From positions 64,914,001 to 64,978,000 of the forward strand of contig OZ320313.1 of assembly GCA_976226885.1 (NCBI GenBank): a DNA stretch of 64,000 nucleotides, read 5' to 3'. The translations under genes were made by a program, and so were the position numbers. The notes under the pieces were generated by a model. It was not told the origin of the DNA. It ran no database searches and saw only the letters and a list, made by a program, of their open reading frames with translations. Within the stretch, counting starts at the first letter, position 1. Each line of letters starts with the position of its first letter. The stretch comes from Iphione sp. A-MEVVRFRX5 (Eukaryota). Below are positions 24,121 through 38,213 of the stretch, piece by piece.

Positions 24121-26712
24121 TTATATGTGCTTCAAAAGGGGGAGGGGAGACCTAGGAATACTGCTGCCCTACAGTCCGACCCTCCGTCATAACCTTGTGG
24201 GTCTTCTAACGTCAACTCCCTTGAATCTAATGAAACGATATTTAGTATTACATTCCGCTACATTTATATTAATGCTTGCCAATGGGTGCGTTATACGTGA
24301 TTTGAAAGATTTAATTGAAAAAAAAATCGGGTAGCATTTAGTTGATTGTAGATTTTTCTATTCATCGCTTTTGAATAGCTGTCCTGTTCACACCAGAGTG
24401 GCTAAGTAATGCCTTTGAGCCATGTAACATTGTGTGCAACTTAACTAATAAAGAACAGTTGGTCGGGGACTATATTCCACACAGGTCAGCTCTCTTGTAG
24501 AGCCCCATTTATTAAGGAATATTTCATGAAACCGTCTAACGGTGCATAGAATTAGATTTACAAAGCACAACACTCAACAAACATCCGTACAGTCACACAG
24601 TTTGATGACAAGCGATCGGAATGTCACCGTTAACTAATTGATCCCTTCGACCTCCATTTAATTACCCTATTCCTACGATGACCTCGATGTGATAATGTCC
24701 ATAAACTTCTTAGCTTGAGTATAGTTTGTACAGTGCATCTGTACATATGTTGATGATTAAACATATATATATATCTGTATATATATAGAAGTTAAAATTA
24801 TGTACATATATATGTGCACATATGTATACATGTACATATACATATGCACAGTAAACCACATAGTGATTTAGTCGTACTGTTCTCCACAAATAATTCCATT
24901 CTGTTCAGTACTGCCTCTGATTGCCATAATGAAGGAGGACCTTCCCGGAATTCTTAGCCAATATCCGTCTTGTGTTTGATTTAGGAAGGATGAGTCCAAA
25001 GGAGACAACCTGATTAAGTCCCCCCAAAAGTGATGGAATATTAACTAGCTTCAGTGAAATAGGCTTTCTCATTTACTTATTTCCTGAAAAATCGTCCTGC
25101 TAGGAATATCCATTACTGGCCGCATTTCACCACTATTTCAGTTCTGAACAGTCTGTATCTTATATGTATTGCTCCTAAGTGTACATCAGCCTCAAGGCAA
25201 CAGGAGGTCATGTGTATCCCGCAGAGGCAACCAGGCGGCGTGTAATGTCTGCAGGGCATTGTTAAAGTCCTGTCTTCTCCCTTCTCCTGACATTTTTCAA
25301 CTGCTCTTTCTGGAAGGCCGTTTTTGAGTTGATGTTTTTGTTTCGGTGTCATGAATGTTTTCCTTTCTGTTTTTTTCTTTTATTTCCTTTTTTAAAATTA
25401 CTAATTCGACGTTTATCAGTATGATTTTACTAAGCTTTTTATGGTGAAAACAAGAGCTTAGGATAAATTTCGGTGCAGGGATGTGAAATGTGAAGGGCAG
25501 CGAAATCATGAAGAGGACGAGAGAAAGAGAATATCGAAGGAGAGGTGACCGAACGCTGTCTCTCCCTTCTCTCTTCTCCCTCTTTTTCCTAGAAGCAGGA
25601 AGGATTATACACGGTGAATGAGATAATGAGAGGCTGGAAATGTGTGAAAAGGAAGGATGCAGGGAGAAAAGGACACAGACTGACATGGGAAAAGCGTAAT
25701 TAGAAGGTGGTGGATCAGGATTGACATTTAGGTCCCATGGCATTTCCTTCTCCGTTGTCTGTAAGTTACACTGCTGACAATATCAACCAGAGTCTGTCCT
25801 TTCGTTTGCTCCAGCATTAAATATTGACCTTGGCTACTAGTGTAATTCCATGCAGGAGTGAGAACCACCTTCTTGTAATTCCTGTAATAATGTTAAAATC
25901 TTAATTCTGTATGGCCCGATTTTGTCCTCTCGAAACCACAAAAGATTATACCAATATAAATGTGATATCTGCAAATTAGATATTAGCCCCACTGTAAGAT
26001 TGATCGTGCGTTGTGAAGTTTGCTCATTTTTCTGTTTTTTTTTTTTTTTTTTTAAATTAGCACTGGCAAAATAGCGTAACTACTTATGAAGCTACTTACC
26101 CTTGATTTGTATGGCTTGATGATTGCGATCGCTGAGTGATGCCCATTAAAGTTACTCATTCACACTCACTTCAGTCACATGTGTTCTCTCCGGATTCACT
26201 ATAGGTTCACCCTAGTATGGTATAATTAACACGGCAGGACAACAATACCTAACGATTGTCTTATGAACTTCATGTAAGTTAACACTGAATATTTAGAAAA
26301 TATATCTACAAATGTCTCTATGAAGCAAAAGTATCGCCGTTCACTCATGTACGGTATTACAAAATAACTTACAATCCAGCAGTAATGTCAACATTCCAGG
26401 AAGTCGGTACTGCAGTTACATTGAAGTTTCGTCTGGTATATCGTTTATCTGCCTCAGCTATTTAAGCGATGTTTTGAATTCCTGGTGTATAATGTTTCAA
26501 GCAATACCTATAAAAAGTGGGGAATGACAGGTGCAACGCCCAACACAATTAGAAGTGCTGCAGGCTATTTTACGACTAGTTCGCACTCTAGGCAATAGTG
26601 GCTTTGCGAAATCGTTTGTCCGCTTTATTGTAATATAGCTTCTGTTGTTGCTACAAGATTTATAGTTGATAGAGTTGTGCACCTCCACAGATCTATCAGA
26701 CAGCTTTGCAGG

Positions 26713-26966
26713 CTATTTATAGCATAGCTGACCCTTCTATGTCGGGGAAAGTCGCCAAGGGTTAACCTTTTTATAAGAGGGTCCCACCAGACACCCTTTG
26801 CGCGGTCCGCCGTGGAGGACAGCGTATCGACGGACGCTAGAGAGAGACGCTAGTCGGGATGGGGGGTCGGCTGGCGGTGGAGGCAGCCAGTGACTCACAA
26901 CCTTGAGTCACCGATTACGTCATTTTCCAGTCGCAGGAAGGCAGTGCCCAGCCGAAGCCAATCACA
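26713..26966. promoter_or_regulatory. Dense promoter/enhancer motif cluster
   Basis: MEF2 consensus CTATTTATAG 26713-26722; TATAAAAA on the - strand 26775-26768; inverted AP-1 pair TGACTCA 26891 and TGAGTCA 26904; TTACGTCA 26915; AGCCAATCA about 26956. CpG-rich. Confidence 0.45.
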
Positions 26967-29900
26967 GCAGCGAGTAGTGCGATCAGCCAGATGCCCGCCC
27001 AGTTACAATTCCGTGGCATTGCTGGTCAGATAAGTCCCCGCTAAATGCCATTTGCAGCCGCATGCAATGAGTGACACTCGCAGAAAACATCAATTCATGT
27101 TGAACTTCAGAACTTACTCAAACATAGTATGGGAGTCCTAATGCGCAGCCTGCGCTTAAAACAAGATCACTACATGGGAGCAGAAGTATTCTACATCCTG
27201 TGAAGGCATAAATGGTCCTACCAAAGAACAGAAGTGGCACCACCAGAAACATCCGCTGAAACGGGGGTAATACAGTTGACCCCATGTTTCAGTGCTTCAG
27301 GCTTCACAGGTTTGTACAGGTCATAATGGCCGAGTGGAGGGCCTCAAGGGACCTCTTCAAGCGAATTCAAAGGTTGGTGTTCTTTTACGTTTATCGCTTT
27401 CAAATCTTTCTGGAGGATATAATGTAATTTGATAGGATCGTGGGTAGACCTGACAACGCTGAAATACATGTACAAACATTTCTGTTGTTAGATGTTCACA
27501 ATACATCAGTATCGTTTCCGGTAAGGTTATAAATACATGTATACTGAATTATATATAAAACTATAGAATTAAATAGCAGCTATGATAGGTACTTGTACGT
27601 ATACAGTACCAAAGCACAGGTTTGATGACTTGGATTTTACTTGGCAGTCGCAGCGGAAGTTCCTCTTCTTGCTTTGCGTCTTCTTGAGTAATGTTATTTA
27701 GGGACACTGGAAACTCTGTCACATATGTGCCAGCGTCGGGGTCCTTCAGCATACGTGACATTGCCATAGCAACAGGTCGTACATCTTTCATGTCGCCTGT
27801 TCGCATGCTTGACAAGCACTGTCCATCCTGTGCAAACCCCCCCCCCCCACGCCATCAATGTTGATGAGGATTCGCATCACCATTCCCCCGCGGGGAACCC
27901 ACCTGGTTTCTATGGCGACGCCCATCCGGTTGCTAGGGAGGCCATTTTTTGCTGATGTCCCTTGAGAGGGCCTGGTTACTGTCAGGTGGATGCAGGATGA
28001 GGTGAATGTGGGCATGGGTAGAATCTCTGTAATGACCTGAAGTCAAAGACTCAAGGCTCTTTGAGGGTACCTGTCGCCGTTTACTCTCCACATATTTACT
28101 CTCATAATAATTGCAACGTTGGGCCTACTCATAGATACTGAAGTGTCGTATACTCCCGATAATACGGGTGTATATCATGGTCCTGATAATGAATGAGTAG
28201 AGGAAAAATAATGATCCATTACCGAATAAAATATCCTCCGATGAATACATTCAGTGCAATAAAATATCTCATCACCGTCAGTGACTTTTATAGCTCCTCT
28301 GAAATATTCCCTGGTTAGATTTAGATCCTATACATTTTCCCTAGTGCAGTTACGCACTATTGGGTGGGGGTAGTCGCTACTGCCAGGTTGTTAGGCAGGA
28401 CATAGCTGTAAAGTTCGATGTATATGAGAATGGTCGCCCGGGAGACCCAACTGTTGCCCCCCACGGTGACTGCCCTTGTGACTTGCCGTTATTGTTGTCA
28501 TCAATGTTGCATGTGGCCCAGTCTAGGGGTCACGACTTGCGGCGCACGGGCTCGGCGGGCGGACGCTGCCCGTGTCTCAGGTACGAGTTGACGCCATAAA
28601 TTAGCTGCGGAGACTGTGCTAACCAGGCTTTAGTGTCTGCGGTGGCCGTGCGGCGGCGCTTGGTGAGGAAATTGGACTGCACCACCTACGTCTCCTGTGC
28701 CGTGGCATCCTGACCTCACCCGTACTGCCTCTATTCTGTTATTCTCCGTGCCTGCTCATTGCCCTGTTTCTCTGCATGTATCAACTTCTTCCGGGGCACA
28801 TTTACCCGTGCCACTTAAACCATAAAACAACAATGCACCAGCAGCAGCCCGAGAGTGTCACCAGAGCCTGTATTATGTTAGCAAGTGTTATTGCCTACTT
28901 CCGAGTCGCAGTCCTCCCTTCTTTAAAAAGGAGGCATAAATAATTGAAGCATATATATTTTTTTAATTATCACTCTCCATAGACTTCTGTCTTAAACAGG
29001 AATTGACAAACTGACGAACTGTAGACAAATGTATTGGCCAACATATATTTTTCAATGACTATTAAATACAATATAATTGTTCGAGCTAATTCGTGTTCCT
29101 TGTAACTTTCGAGGATTTGTTTTACATGTACATACATATTTTTCTGAGAATATCATTTGAGTGTGTATGAAGTAGATATTGATCCTCAAAATCCACAAAA
29201 AGGCATTGATTATCTGTCTTTTCAAGCAATTTGTCATACTACTCACAATATTGATGTTTCCGTCTTAATATTTCATCTGATTGTTTAAAATTTGTGTCCG
29301 TTAACCTCTTCAAATCAATATCGTGCCCGACATCGACTGACATTTGTATGTACTACTTAGCGCAGTCTGGAGTCACGTTTAGCATAAGACAGCCATTTGC
29401 TATTTTGAACATAAGTAGAATTTTATAATTTGTTATTCTAAGGCTGCATTTGACTAGTTTGATGTTTGTGGCATTCTTTACGTAGTTTGTAAGGGGCATC
29501 GCATGCACATGTAGACAAAATGCTGCATGCTTGTGATTATAGAGATTATTATATGGAGAACTATGTAGGTCAAGCAGATACAGATCAGGTCAAAATCTTT
29601 ACTCCTCAGATATTCATGTATTCATATGATCCTGTATCACACTGCAAATGTGGACTTTGGTAAATCAGTTGCTATAGGACCTGCAGTACTCAGAGGAAAT
29701 AGCTACCCACACTGTCATTATTTTACTTATACGTAAAAGAATTCTCCATGTATTTATCATCTCTCTGCTATCGCAGCCCACTGGCAATCCGGAGGAACCT
29801 TATATAGAGACATAAATATATGCCCGCACACAAGATGCCACTCGTTGCGACTCCGGGGAGCACTGTGAGTAGTCGCAACCATCTATGGAGCAGCTCACTC

Positions 29901-32054
29901 CTCATACTTAGGTGCCATGAATACCAACCACTGCAGACCTTTCCCAAGGTCTCTCCCCAGAGCACCCAACCAAAGCAGCGTTGAAACAAGCAAACCCAAC
30001 GTTGGCAGCATATTTGGGGTCATATTGATTTTTGTTTGGAGGGGGCGGAGAGGAGGATTACATATTGTCGTTAGTAAATACAGACGAGGACAATCCCCCC
30101 CCTCCCCACAAAAAAGTGTATGAAGATGGAATCGTAATATACAGTCACACATAAAGCTTTTCCCAGAGTCAGAGTACGCCAGGATTAATGTCTAAGGGGC
30201 ACTTCACAGAATTGTTCACATTGCAGCGCATGGACGGCATCTCGTGATAGACTGGTCCAGACTTAGGACCCTACTCACTTAAAAGCAACATCTGTTCATA
30301 CGTTCGCCATTTTATTCTTGCACTCACATGGTGTCATTTCAAGCAACACACTGACGGTACGAAGAACGTACTTCTGCGTTATATAGCTAAGTCAAATTTT
30401 GACTTTGTCAAGTTAAACCGGAATGGAGCCCAGCCAGGATTCTTCTACGGATGAGCGCACTGTTGTTCACGTCTTTATGGGTATCCAGGTTGATACCCTT
30501 GATTTGTTTATAATTCTCTTGTAGGGAGAGTCTCCAGACACTCTGGCATATTGCGAAAGGCGCGTGAAACGTTTTGCTCTACGGTATTCTTCTAGATACA
30601 TTCTGAACGTCTGGAAGGTATTAACTTCGGGTATCGTTAATTATATGCCCCAGTGAGCTGGATTTGCTCTTTTGTCCTGTTCACAAATGGATATTAATGG
30701 CATGATTGTACGAGACCTTGTCGTTTCAGTTATGTCGAGTAGACCCAAAAAGGTAAGCGTAGTCTCCTTGTTCTTGAAAAGGTTCGCAGATCTATCAAAG
30801 AGAACGACTGTTCTTGCACTGTTTAATATTGTCTCCAAGCCAGTCGCAACATATTGAAGCTTAAAGCACTTTGCTTCTTTGAACAAGTTAACGACTTCTT
30901 TCTCGACGGTCAGCCTCGACTGCCTGTTTTAATCAGGTCACGTAGTGGATGAAATGGTCTTAGAGGCTGTAAAGGGAGAACGTCTCTGAGCGGAAGTCAA
31001 CTAGCACAGTTCCTTTGAGAGCTACTCACTTTCCCCAACGCGAAGCGCCAGGACAGGGCGATAACAGTCTGAGAATGGTGACGTTTCCTTCCCCGACAGG
31101 GATCAACTTCCTTCTCGAGGACCAGGGGACTTACAAGAGCTGATTGTCTTTAGTAATAAAATCAATCTTGAACGCTCGCATTTTCATTTCTCTAAAGTCA
31201 GCATATCATAGAAGATTCTGTTGATGTTAATCCGTCACAAGGAACGCGTGTTCAAGAACTTTCAGTAGGAATTTACCCCAGGTGATAACGTTTCTCTCAC
31301 CAATGTTCAAAAACCTTCATTGTGATGTTAAAATGGCTCGTAACAATGTGAGGACTTTTCACAGTAGAATAAATGAGATCTTTGGAAGCACATATATAGC
31401 AAATTTGAAGCTGAATGAAAGCAGATGGTATTTTATACTGTTATAAACGCTATTTATACTACGGCATTTGTTAAGTCACCTGATGTTAACTGTGTATTAA
31501 CATGAATTTTAGGGTAGTCTAGTATTACGGTCAGATCAAGCGAATGGGTTATAGGCCGACTGCAGCCGGTTTTTGTAACTGATGGAATATTTCTGTCTTT
31601 CTATATAAAAAATCCGTCTAGTCTACAGTCAAATGAAAAGAAATCTTAGCCCACGGTTTTGCCTCTTTTAAGTTCGCATATCGTAACGTATGCATAGATT
31701 GGAAATCAGTTGATTTCAAATTTGAAAACAGATATTTGCTGAACCATATGCACCAACTGAAGTCAATATAAGCTGTGTTGTTTGATGTTCGGGCAATAAT
31801 GAACAACAGCAGCATCAAATAGCCGATCAAACAATTAACAAACAAAGAAGTGTGATCATATTGTTGAGTTGAGCTTTCTGCATTGTGTTTTGCAGTCATA
31901 GTTACTACATATTATATGTCAATGTATATATTTTTATATGGCAATTTATGTCTTGGAGTGATGCTGTCCATTGAAGGGTCTTCCCTGGTGATGTCATAAT
32001 TTGGGATCCCCCCCTCACTCGAGCAAAACAGTATTTCCAAATGCCTGCCCCTCC

Positions 32055-32055
<1 letters not shown>

Positions 32056-32146
<91 letters not shown>
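32056..32146. repeat. Compound microsatellite (CTGT)n(CT)n(CA)n
   Basis: Directly visible. Confidence 0.97.
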
Positions 32147-32147
<1 letters not shown>

Positions 32148-35100
32148 TCATCGCACACACTAGATGAAAGAAAAGAGATGATAGATCAGTTCACACTAGA
32201 CAGAGCAAGAAAGAATTTTAATATTATTTCGAGTTAAACTTACAAAATACCATTTGTTGAAGCAGCTTTGTAAATCATCTGTATTGAGTTACTGGTTCAC
32301 CAAGTTCTGTAACGTTCCCAAGAAAACACTGTGCAGACTTGTAAGTTTCTTTTCTTTATTTGAGCTGAACTCCTTTCCAGCTCGACAGTTTACGGTCTGT
32401 TCTTTTAGATGTTTAATGTTATATCTAATTTCTTTACAGCCATCGACTCCAGGTCCAACTAGACGACAACAACACAACTCGTCGGAACAAATCCCGCCAG
32501 TACAAGACGCATGTGATCACGTGAGTAGCGCGAGACTTGATTTCATTTCGGTTGTATGGCTAGACGGAATCACGCAATAGGGAATGAGAAATATTTTACA
32601 CGAAACATTAAATGCCATTTACTTCACAGTTTATTAATTAAAAGAATCATTTTTACAAAAGCATCAATGAAAAGGGCGCCACCTGATTTAATAACATTTT
32701 AATCCGCTCTTTCCATGGACGTTAACAGACTAATGGATAGTTACTTGCTAAGTCTCAGACTACTGCATCGTTATTTAAACTCGCCATGTCTGCTTTGTTG
32801 AGCTGATGTCAAAAATTTGTAACCGAAGTACATTTACATGTATTGGGTAAATTGTTATAGCCACAGGGAGGGGGTTCACCAACTGTAAAAAAGTAAATCA
32901 ATCCATTTCCTTCATTAGGTTTAAGCCTTTTTTGCAGTTCCCTTTCGGAATGTTATTCAAACGTTATCGCAGTCTGAAAGATCCATCTAGGGAAGGATCT
33001 TCAATTAGAGTCTCAGAGAGGGTTTCATCAGGGCAGTGCATACTGCAGAGTGATGGATTGGGTGTTTGGCTGGCCCTGACCAGCGACAGGCTTTGTGTCA
33101 TGTCCCACTGGTCCCAGACATCGGGCAGAGTAGTAAATGGTGTTGGCCATCCATTGCTAGCCTATCCCGTCTGTCGCATACCTGCATTAAGAGGTGGTAC
33201 TTGTCTGAACTTCTTTCCACTGAATTGAACAGTGTGCATATTTATTTATGCACGTCCTGATTCGAGAGTGTACATTTAGCTGCTTATCTCATTTCGCGGA
33301 GCCTTATTTCTCTTTTGGTGGTGAAGAATCCTGTCACTTTGAATTCTCTTGGACCGAATTCAGGAATACACTCACCGAACACACTGAAGAAATTTTAATT
33401 TAACAACACTGGTTCACATAGATATTTCAAATTTTAAATGCTGTGGCAAACTGATTAACCTAATGCCTTCCCCCCCAAAGGATTGCATCACTTTTGATTG
33501 AGTAGGAATGCAGGGGAAAACTGCATTACTGTGGAAGAATATTCACTGCTCATCCTTTGGATATAACAACCGTAGTTTTCTTAGGTATAAAGATGTTTAC
33601 AAGCTATATTATTATGTCATCGTTTTAGACATTAAAGACGTTACATTTTTTGTAGAGGTGCATTCATAAAATATTTTAAGATATTAATGTTAAAGATATC
33701 AATGTGACAAAATATTTCTAGCTTTCTTATAAAGTTGGCACCAAGCTTGATTGTATTATAGTTGTGTACTTGACGGATCGTCATGTTGAGTATACACGTA
33801 TCCGCATCAAAGGTCCAGAGGCACCTTCCTGGAAAGGTTAATTCATCAAATGATTTTAGGAAGTAGTATTATAACACTAGTGTAGTTTGTCTGACCTTTT
33901 TTTTAAAATGTACCTGCCTTTGAAAAAAAACTGCCACTTACAAGCTGGGGTGATCGATCTCACAGTGGTTCTTTGTACCCAGTACCTTTCATCCATGTCA
34001 GTGACTTTCTGTCTACCCACATATAACGACCGCCTAGCACACGCATACACGAAGGACATGGCATCTATGACTTCGGAATACCCAGCTGTCCAGTTATGAG
34101 CACACTCCCACGCTTTCTGCTCATCATACACACCACTTCCATTGTTAGATCACCCGATGCTACCGAGGGTCCAATGTGTCGTTTATGTGGGTGACCATGG
34201 GTTCTGACTCCGAGGGCCAGTATTCATGCTCGTCTGAGCTTGGCCAGGCTTGTTTGTCGCTGACCCTTTGCTTGCCAAGCAGCGGGCCCTTCCTGGGTTA
34301 TTTTCCGGCTGGACACTGGTGAATGGTGGCGCCCGGTGATGGATGGGGCCCACCTGTTGATGAAGCGGCTGTCTCTGAGGTCAGCCAGCCTGCCGTCCGT
34401 TCGTCCCTGCTTTGCCTACCCTTCCTACTCTACCGACCGACCCACCAACTGCCGACCTAGACCAGACGCAGGAGGTATTGACCACTTAGCCACATCTGAA
34501 AGCTGCCTTTCCCCTGTAGATGTATATGTATAAAAGGGAATTTATACGTTTCTGAGATGTTTTTTTTAAAAAAAGGTTTAAGCGTTTAAAAGTATTAATA
34601 ATTACACGGCGAGATGGCTGAGACCGGAGTGAGAATGTATATTAGATAAAAAAAGTCCATGTAGCTGTGCTAAGCAGCCTTGCTCAGCTGTGAAGCTGCA
34701 CCTATACTTTTTCAATATTGGAAAGCGTTACGTTCATTCTATCAGATAGCAGCCTACCCCTCAAGTAATTTCGCAGGAGGAATGGTTTGATTACACTTAC
34801 GATGCTTATTCATGCTTACTCAAGATGCGAAGCCGTTCAAACAACACCTATCTAAAGGCCTTGCCATTAGAATATGTCCTTAATACCTGCAGGCAGTCAG
34901 CATTGTACAGGTGCTGTCTTCAGGAAGTGCGCCGCAGAAAAAGTGGGAGGGGTAATTTTAAAAAGGAGTTGTGTTTTATCATTCAAAGAGGATTATGTGT
35001 ACCTAGTTTTGCCTGCTTCACTTGTTTGATTATTGATGAGCACAGTTGTTCTTTTGGCTGAGTTGTGCTTTTTCCCTTCGGAATAAGCTCAGCGTGCCCT

Positions 35101-36344
35101 GACTTTATCCAAAATTGTCAATTTTCCATTGCATTTGAACATGGCTAAAACATGCTGATCAGCCATGGGTTAAATCCACGGAAAATATAACTTGACGTGG
35201 AGCACGTATGGGCAGCGATCTGGATATAAGTGTTTTGGTAGCAAATTAAAGGTGACCTGATGCAATTACTACAGTCGGCAGCCGGCGTGTCGGAGTCAGC
35301 ACCACTTGTGTGCGGACGCCATAAAGAAGCGCAACGGTCGTTCAAAGGGGGGCTATTAACGATCTAAGAGGCAATCGACCGAACCCAGAGAAACCCTTGC
35401 AACCTCAGACTTGGGTAGGCTCTGTTTCCAAGGGACCAGTTTGTAGGCATTGAGCTATGGAAATTGCTGCTTCAAAACAACGATTACCGAGTAGTATTTG
35501 CCTGACTGACATTAATGGTAGGAGCTCGTGAGAATTTCGGTCGAATAGTATTTGCGGGAAGTCTGCATTTCAGGCTCATTTCCGGGCCCAACTCTGTTTT
35601 CGCCAAACAGAATTATTACTCCATAGCATACTTTAAAAATGACTTTCTCTATTTCGATTGACATTTTTCTCCGTTGAACTTCGTAAATCTTCAAAAGGCC
35701 AGAAAACCTTTGTACCATCATGTGAAGCATTGCGCTGTACTTGTTTGCCTGATGTTTGAAAGAAGAATTTATTAAATAGACCATGACTTCATCTCCATAG
35801 AATGTAGGAACGTATTGTGAGGTTCTCAGCGTTCTACTCGAAGACCATTAGGTTGTCTATTTAATAACGGGGATCAGATGTACATGTTCATGTTTATAAT
35901 TTTATCACAGTCAGAGTTACCTGTATACAGTAAATCATTTAGCAGTGTGTGTCATTGAATCATAAACATATCGTCATCAAGCATTACCTCCACACTGAAC
36001 TGAAGTCGAGAGTATTGAGGCAGCTGATGTTAATGCTGATATTAAAGTATACCGTGAATCATTTATAGACTCTTAGATGTTGCTTTCGATTCACTGGTAC
36101 CAACTCACAGGGAGACACTTAATGACTATATTGACGAAACACCTCAGCATTATTGAGTACTTGCTACTAAGCATGGTATATAACTATGGACTAGACCTTA
36201 TTGCCGGCGTCACCTCCAGGTGGTATCGAGCGTCTACCTTCGTTGTTAGGGTAACCGTAATCGTCCCATGCCGTTTGTCAGTCTGTAATGTGTGTCATGC
36301 CATGCTAATACGTAATGGACCTCACGGCTGAACTCCAGAGGCGG

Positions 36345-36422
36345 CTCCTCCTCCTCCTCCTCCTCCTCCTCCTCCTCCTCCTCCTCCTCCTCCTCCTCCT
36401 CCTCCTCCTCCTCCTCCTCCTC
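36345..36422. repeat. (CTC)26 trinucleotide microsatellite
   Basis: 78 bp of perfect CTC repeat. Confidence 0.97.
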
Positions 36423-37283
36423 CCCCTCCCGCCCTCCTCCGCGCAAGTGCAAGATCTTCAAATACATGTACATGTACTTTTCTCTAACGAAGTAGTGTAT
36501 GAAAAGGCAATATATCTGCAGGCGACAATTTACTCAATTCCCTTATGGTCGCACGACACTAACATATGCCTCATTCTATGTCGGTGGGAACGTAGTGTCC
36601 AGGGTATTTCATTTTGACGGAGTTTGCAGCTTGCTTAGGGAACAGTTCCCACAGCCTGATGATGCAGTTCTGAAAACCTGGGATATATTTGCCCCGTAAA
36701 ATCGCACTGTGAGGCATTGGACTGCCTCTCAAGAAATAAAGCGGTTAAAGATCGCCATGTCGTTCAAATCCAGACAGCATATACACCAATCATAAATACC
36801 TTTTGCCATAAAGGAAACGGGGCAAATTTGTTCTGTAGACTCCCGTTGGCTGCCAGGTCTGCTTTTAGTGCCTGGTTGAGTCGTTAGAGATGTGATTAGC
36901 CACGCTGCCACGTGAATTTGGCTGTTTTATCAGATGGCCTTAATTATGATAGATGGGGACCCTCACCTAGGTTCATTGGGTGAGATTTTCAACGAAAAAA
37001 GATATCCCGATAGAGGAATTCTTTCTCATGGAAGATGGATGGAGTGCCTCTTGGAGTTATTTTTCAAGTCCATGTACAAGCCTTCGCTATTTCCCTAGGA
37101 AAGCAATGCTGTCTTATTATTTTGGTGATTCACTTAAGCAAATCGTACGCGATTTAGAAATGTGAGCGGTGGTGCTTTTTAGAATGTAGTCGGTTCGTCA
37201 ACAGCTTGGGAGGTATTTTCCATGACAGAATGCATTAAGGCCTGTCTACCTTGAATTATTTGAATGACTTCGGGGGAGAAGAG

Positions 37284-37370
37284 TGACGTCATTCTTAGAC
37301 AGCACCATACTGACGTCACCGGTACCTGGCCAGACAGCCTCCCTCTCTCGAGTGTGTTTGCTAGCTGAGG
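37284..37370 (+). promoter_or_regulatory. Candidate promoter with two perfect CRE sites and a short non-coding first exon
   Basis: TGACGTCA at 37284-37291 and 37311-37318. Strong donor GAGG|GTGAGG at 37371 gives a 96-nt intron to the 37467 acceptor. Confidence 0.4.
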
Positions 37371-37488
37371 GTGAGGTCTGTTAAAGAAGCTATCCCTCAC
37401 TCTGGCCCACTGCCCGCCGTCCTCATCTTTCCCTCATCGGTCTCCTTGGTTACACATCTGTTACAGGGGATACATATTAAGGGCGGTG

Positions 37489-37531
37489 ATGGAGAATGAA
37501 GAGGGCGGCTTCCAGCGGAAGGGATGGCACT
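37489..37531 (+). CDS. Candidate first coding exon of the IQ-SCHIP1 gene (MENEEGGFQRKGWH, phase-1 end)
   Basis: Pyrimidine-rich acceptor ...catctgttacAG|G (exon from 37467), ATG in good Kozak context (gtgATGg), donor CACT|GTATGC at 37532. Its phase matches the next candidate exon. Predicted by eye only. Confidence 0.4.
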
Positions 37532-38071
37532 GTATGCCAGCCAAGCAGATACTCATTTCAGTTGTGGCCCCAGCCGGCCAGCATTTAGAAGGGAGTGAAT
37601 TATAACATTGGCCAGCCTAGTTGGCCTGAGGTAGATTGAATAAGTCAGGGGTCGAACACCGTCCTGAATGCAGTGGTCTGTTGACGGTAGTATCCATCTG
37701 ATTTTGATCCGGAAGGTTCTCTTGACACTACTTTCAGAACTGCTCAACCGTATCATGTGATATTTACTGATGAACTTGGCTACAGGAAAGCGACAGTCTG
37801 TCATGTTTACACCAGGGATCACTCTTTTTAAAGATTCACTTCTGGTCCTCCTTGCCTAACGCATTTTATACAACCATAATGCAATTTAGTATTTATAAAA
37901 AAAATTGTATCCGTCGCTATTTCATTTCTGCCAAAAGGTACAAGTCACCACCCACAAAAGATGTCGCCCTAGTGACCTTGGCCCGTCCGCTATGACCTTC
38001 ACCGCCCCGACTCTGCAGGGAGCGCTCTTTTAAAGATTCATGGCGGCGCTTTAATGTCACACTATGCACAG

Positions 38072-38213
38072 ATCAGGCTGGCTGCCGGCCCAGGAAGGCA
38101 GCGGAGAGGCCGGCCAGTCCCGCTAAGACCCGCCGGCTGAACCGGTCTGACCTCGGTCATCACCCAGGCGGGCCCGCCAAAGAGATCCAGAAAGGAAAAA
38201 AAAACCAAGCTAG
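38072..38213 (+). CDS. Candidate internal exon of the IQ-SCHIP1 gene (YQAGCRPRKAAERPASPAKTRRLNRSDLGHHPGGPAKEIQKGKKNQAR)
   Basis: GC-rich island with acceptor atgcacAG|AT and donor CTAG|GTTTAG. The one frame of the three that stays open starts in phase 1 and ends in phase 2, joining 37531 to 39028 in frame. The donor is only moderate. Confidence 0.4.

Noticed and set aside
22307-26766. Inverted 12-mers GTTAACCCTTGG / CCAAGGGTTAAC suggesting a 4.4-kb piggyBac element
   Set aside because: Identity stops after 12 bp, such matches are common by chance in 64 kb, and no transposase lies between them.
36246-36617. Poly-Leu (+) and poly-Glu (-) ORFs
   Set aside because: Products of the (CTC)26 microsatellite; no convincing splice or homology support.
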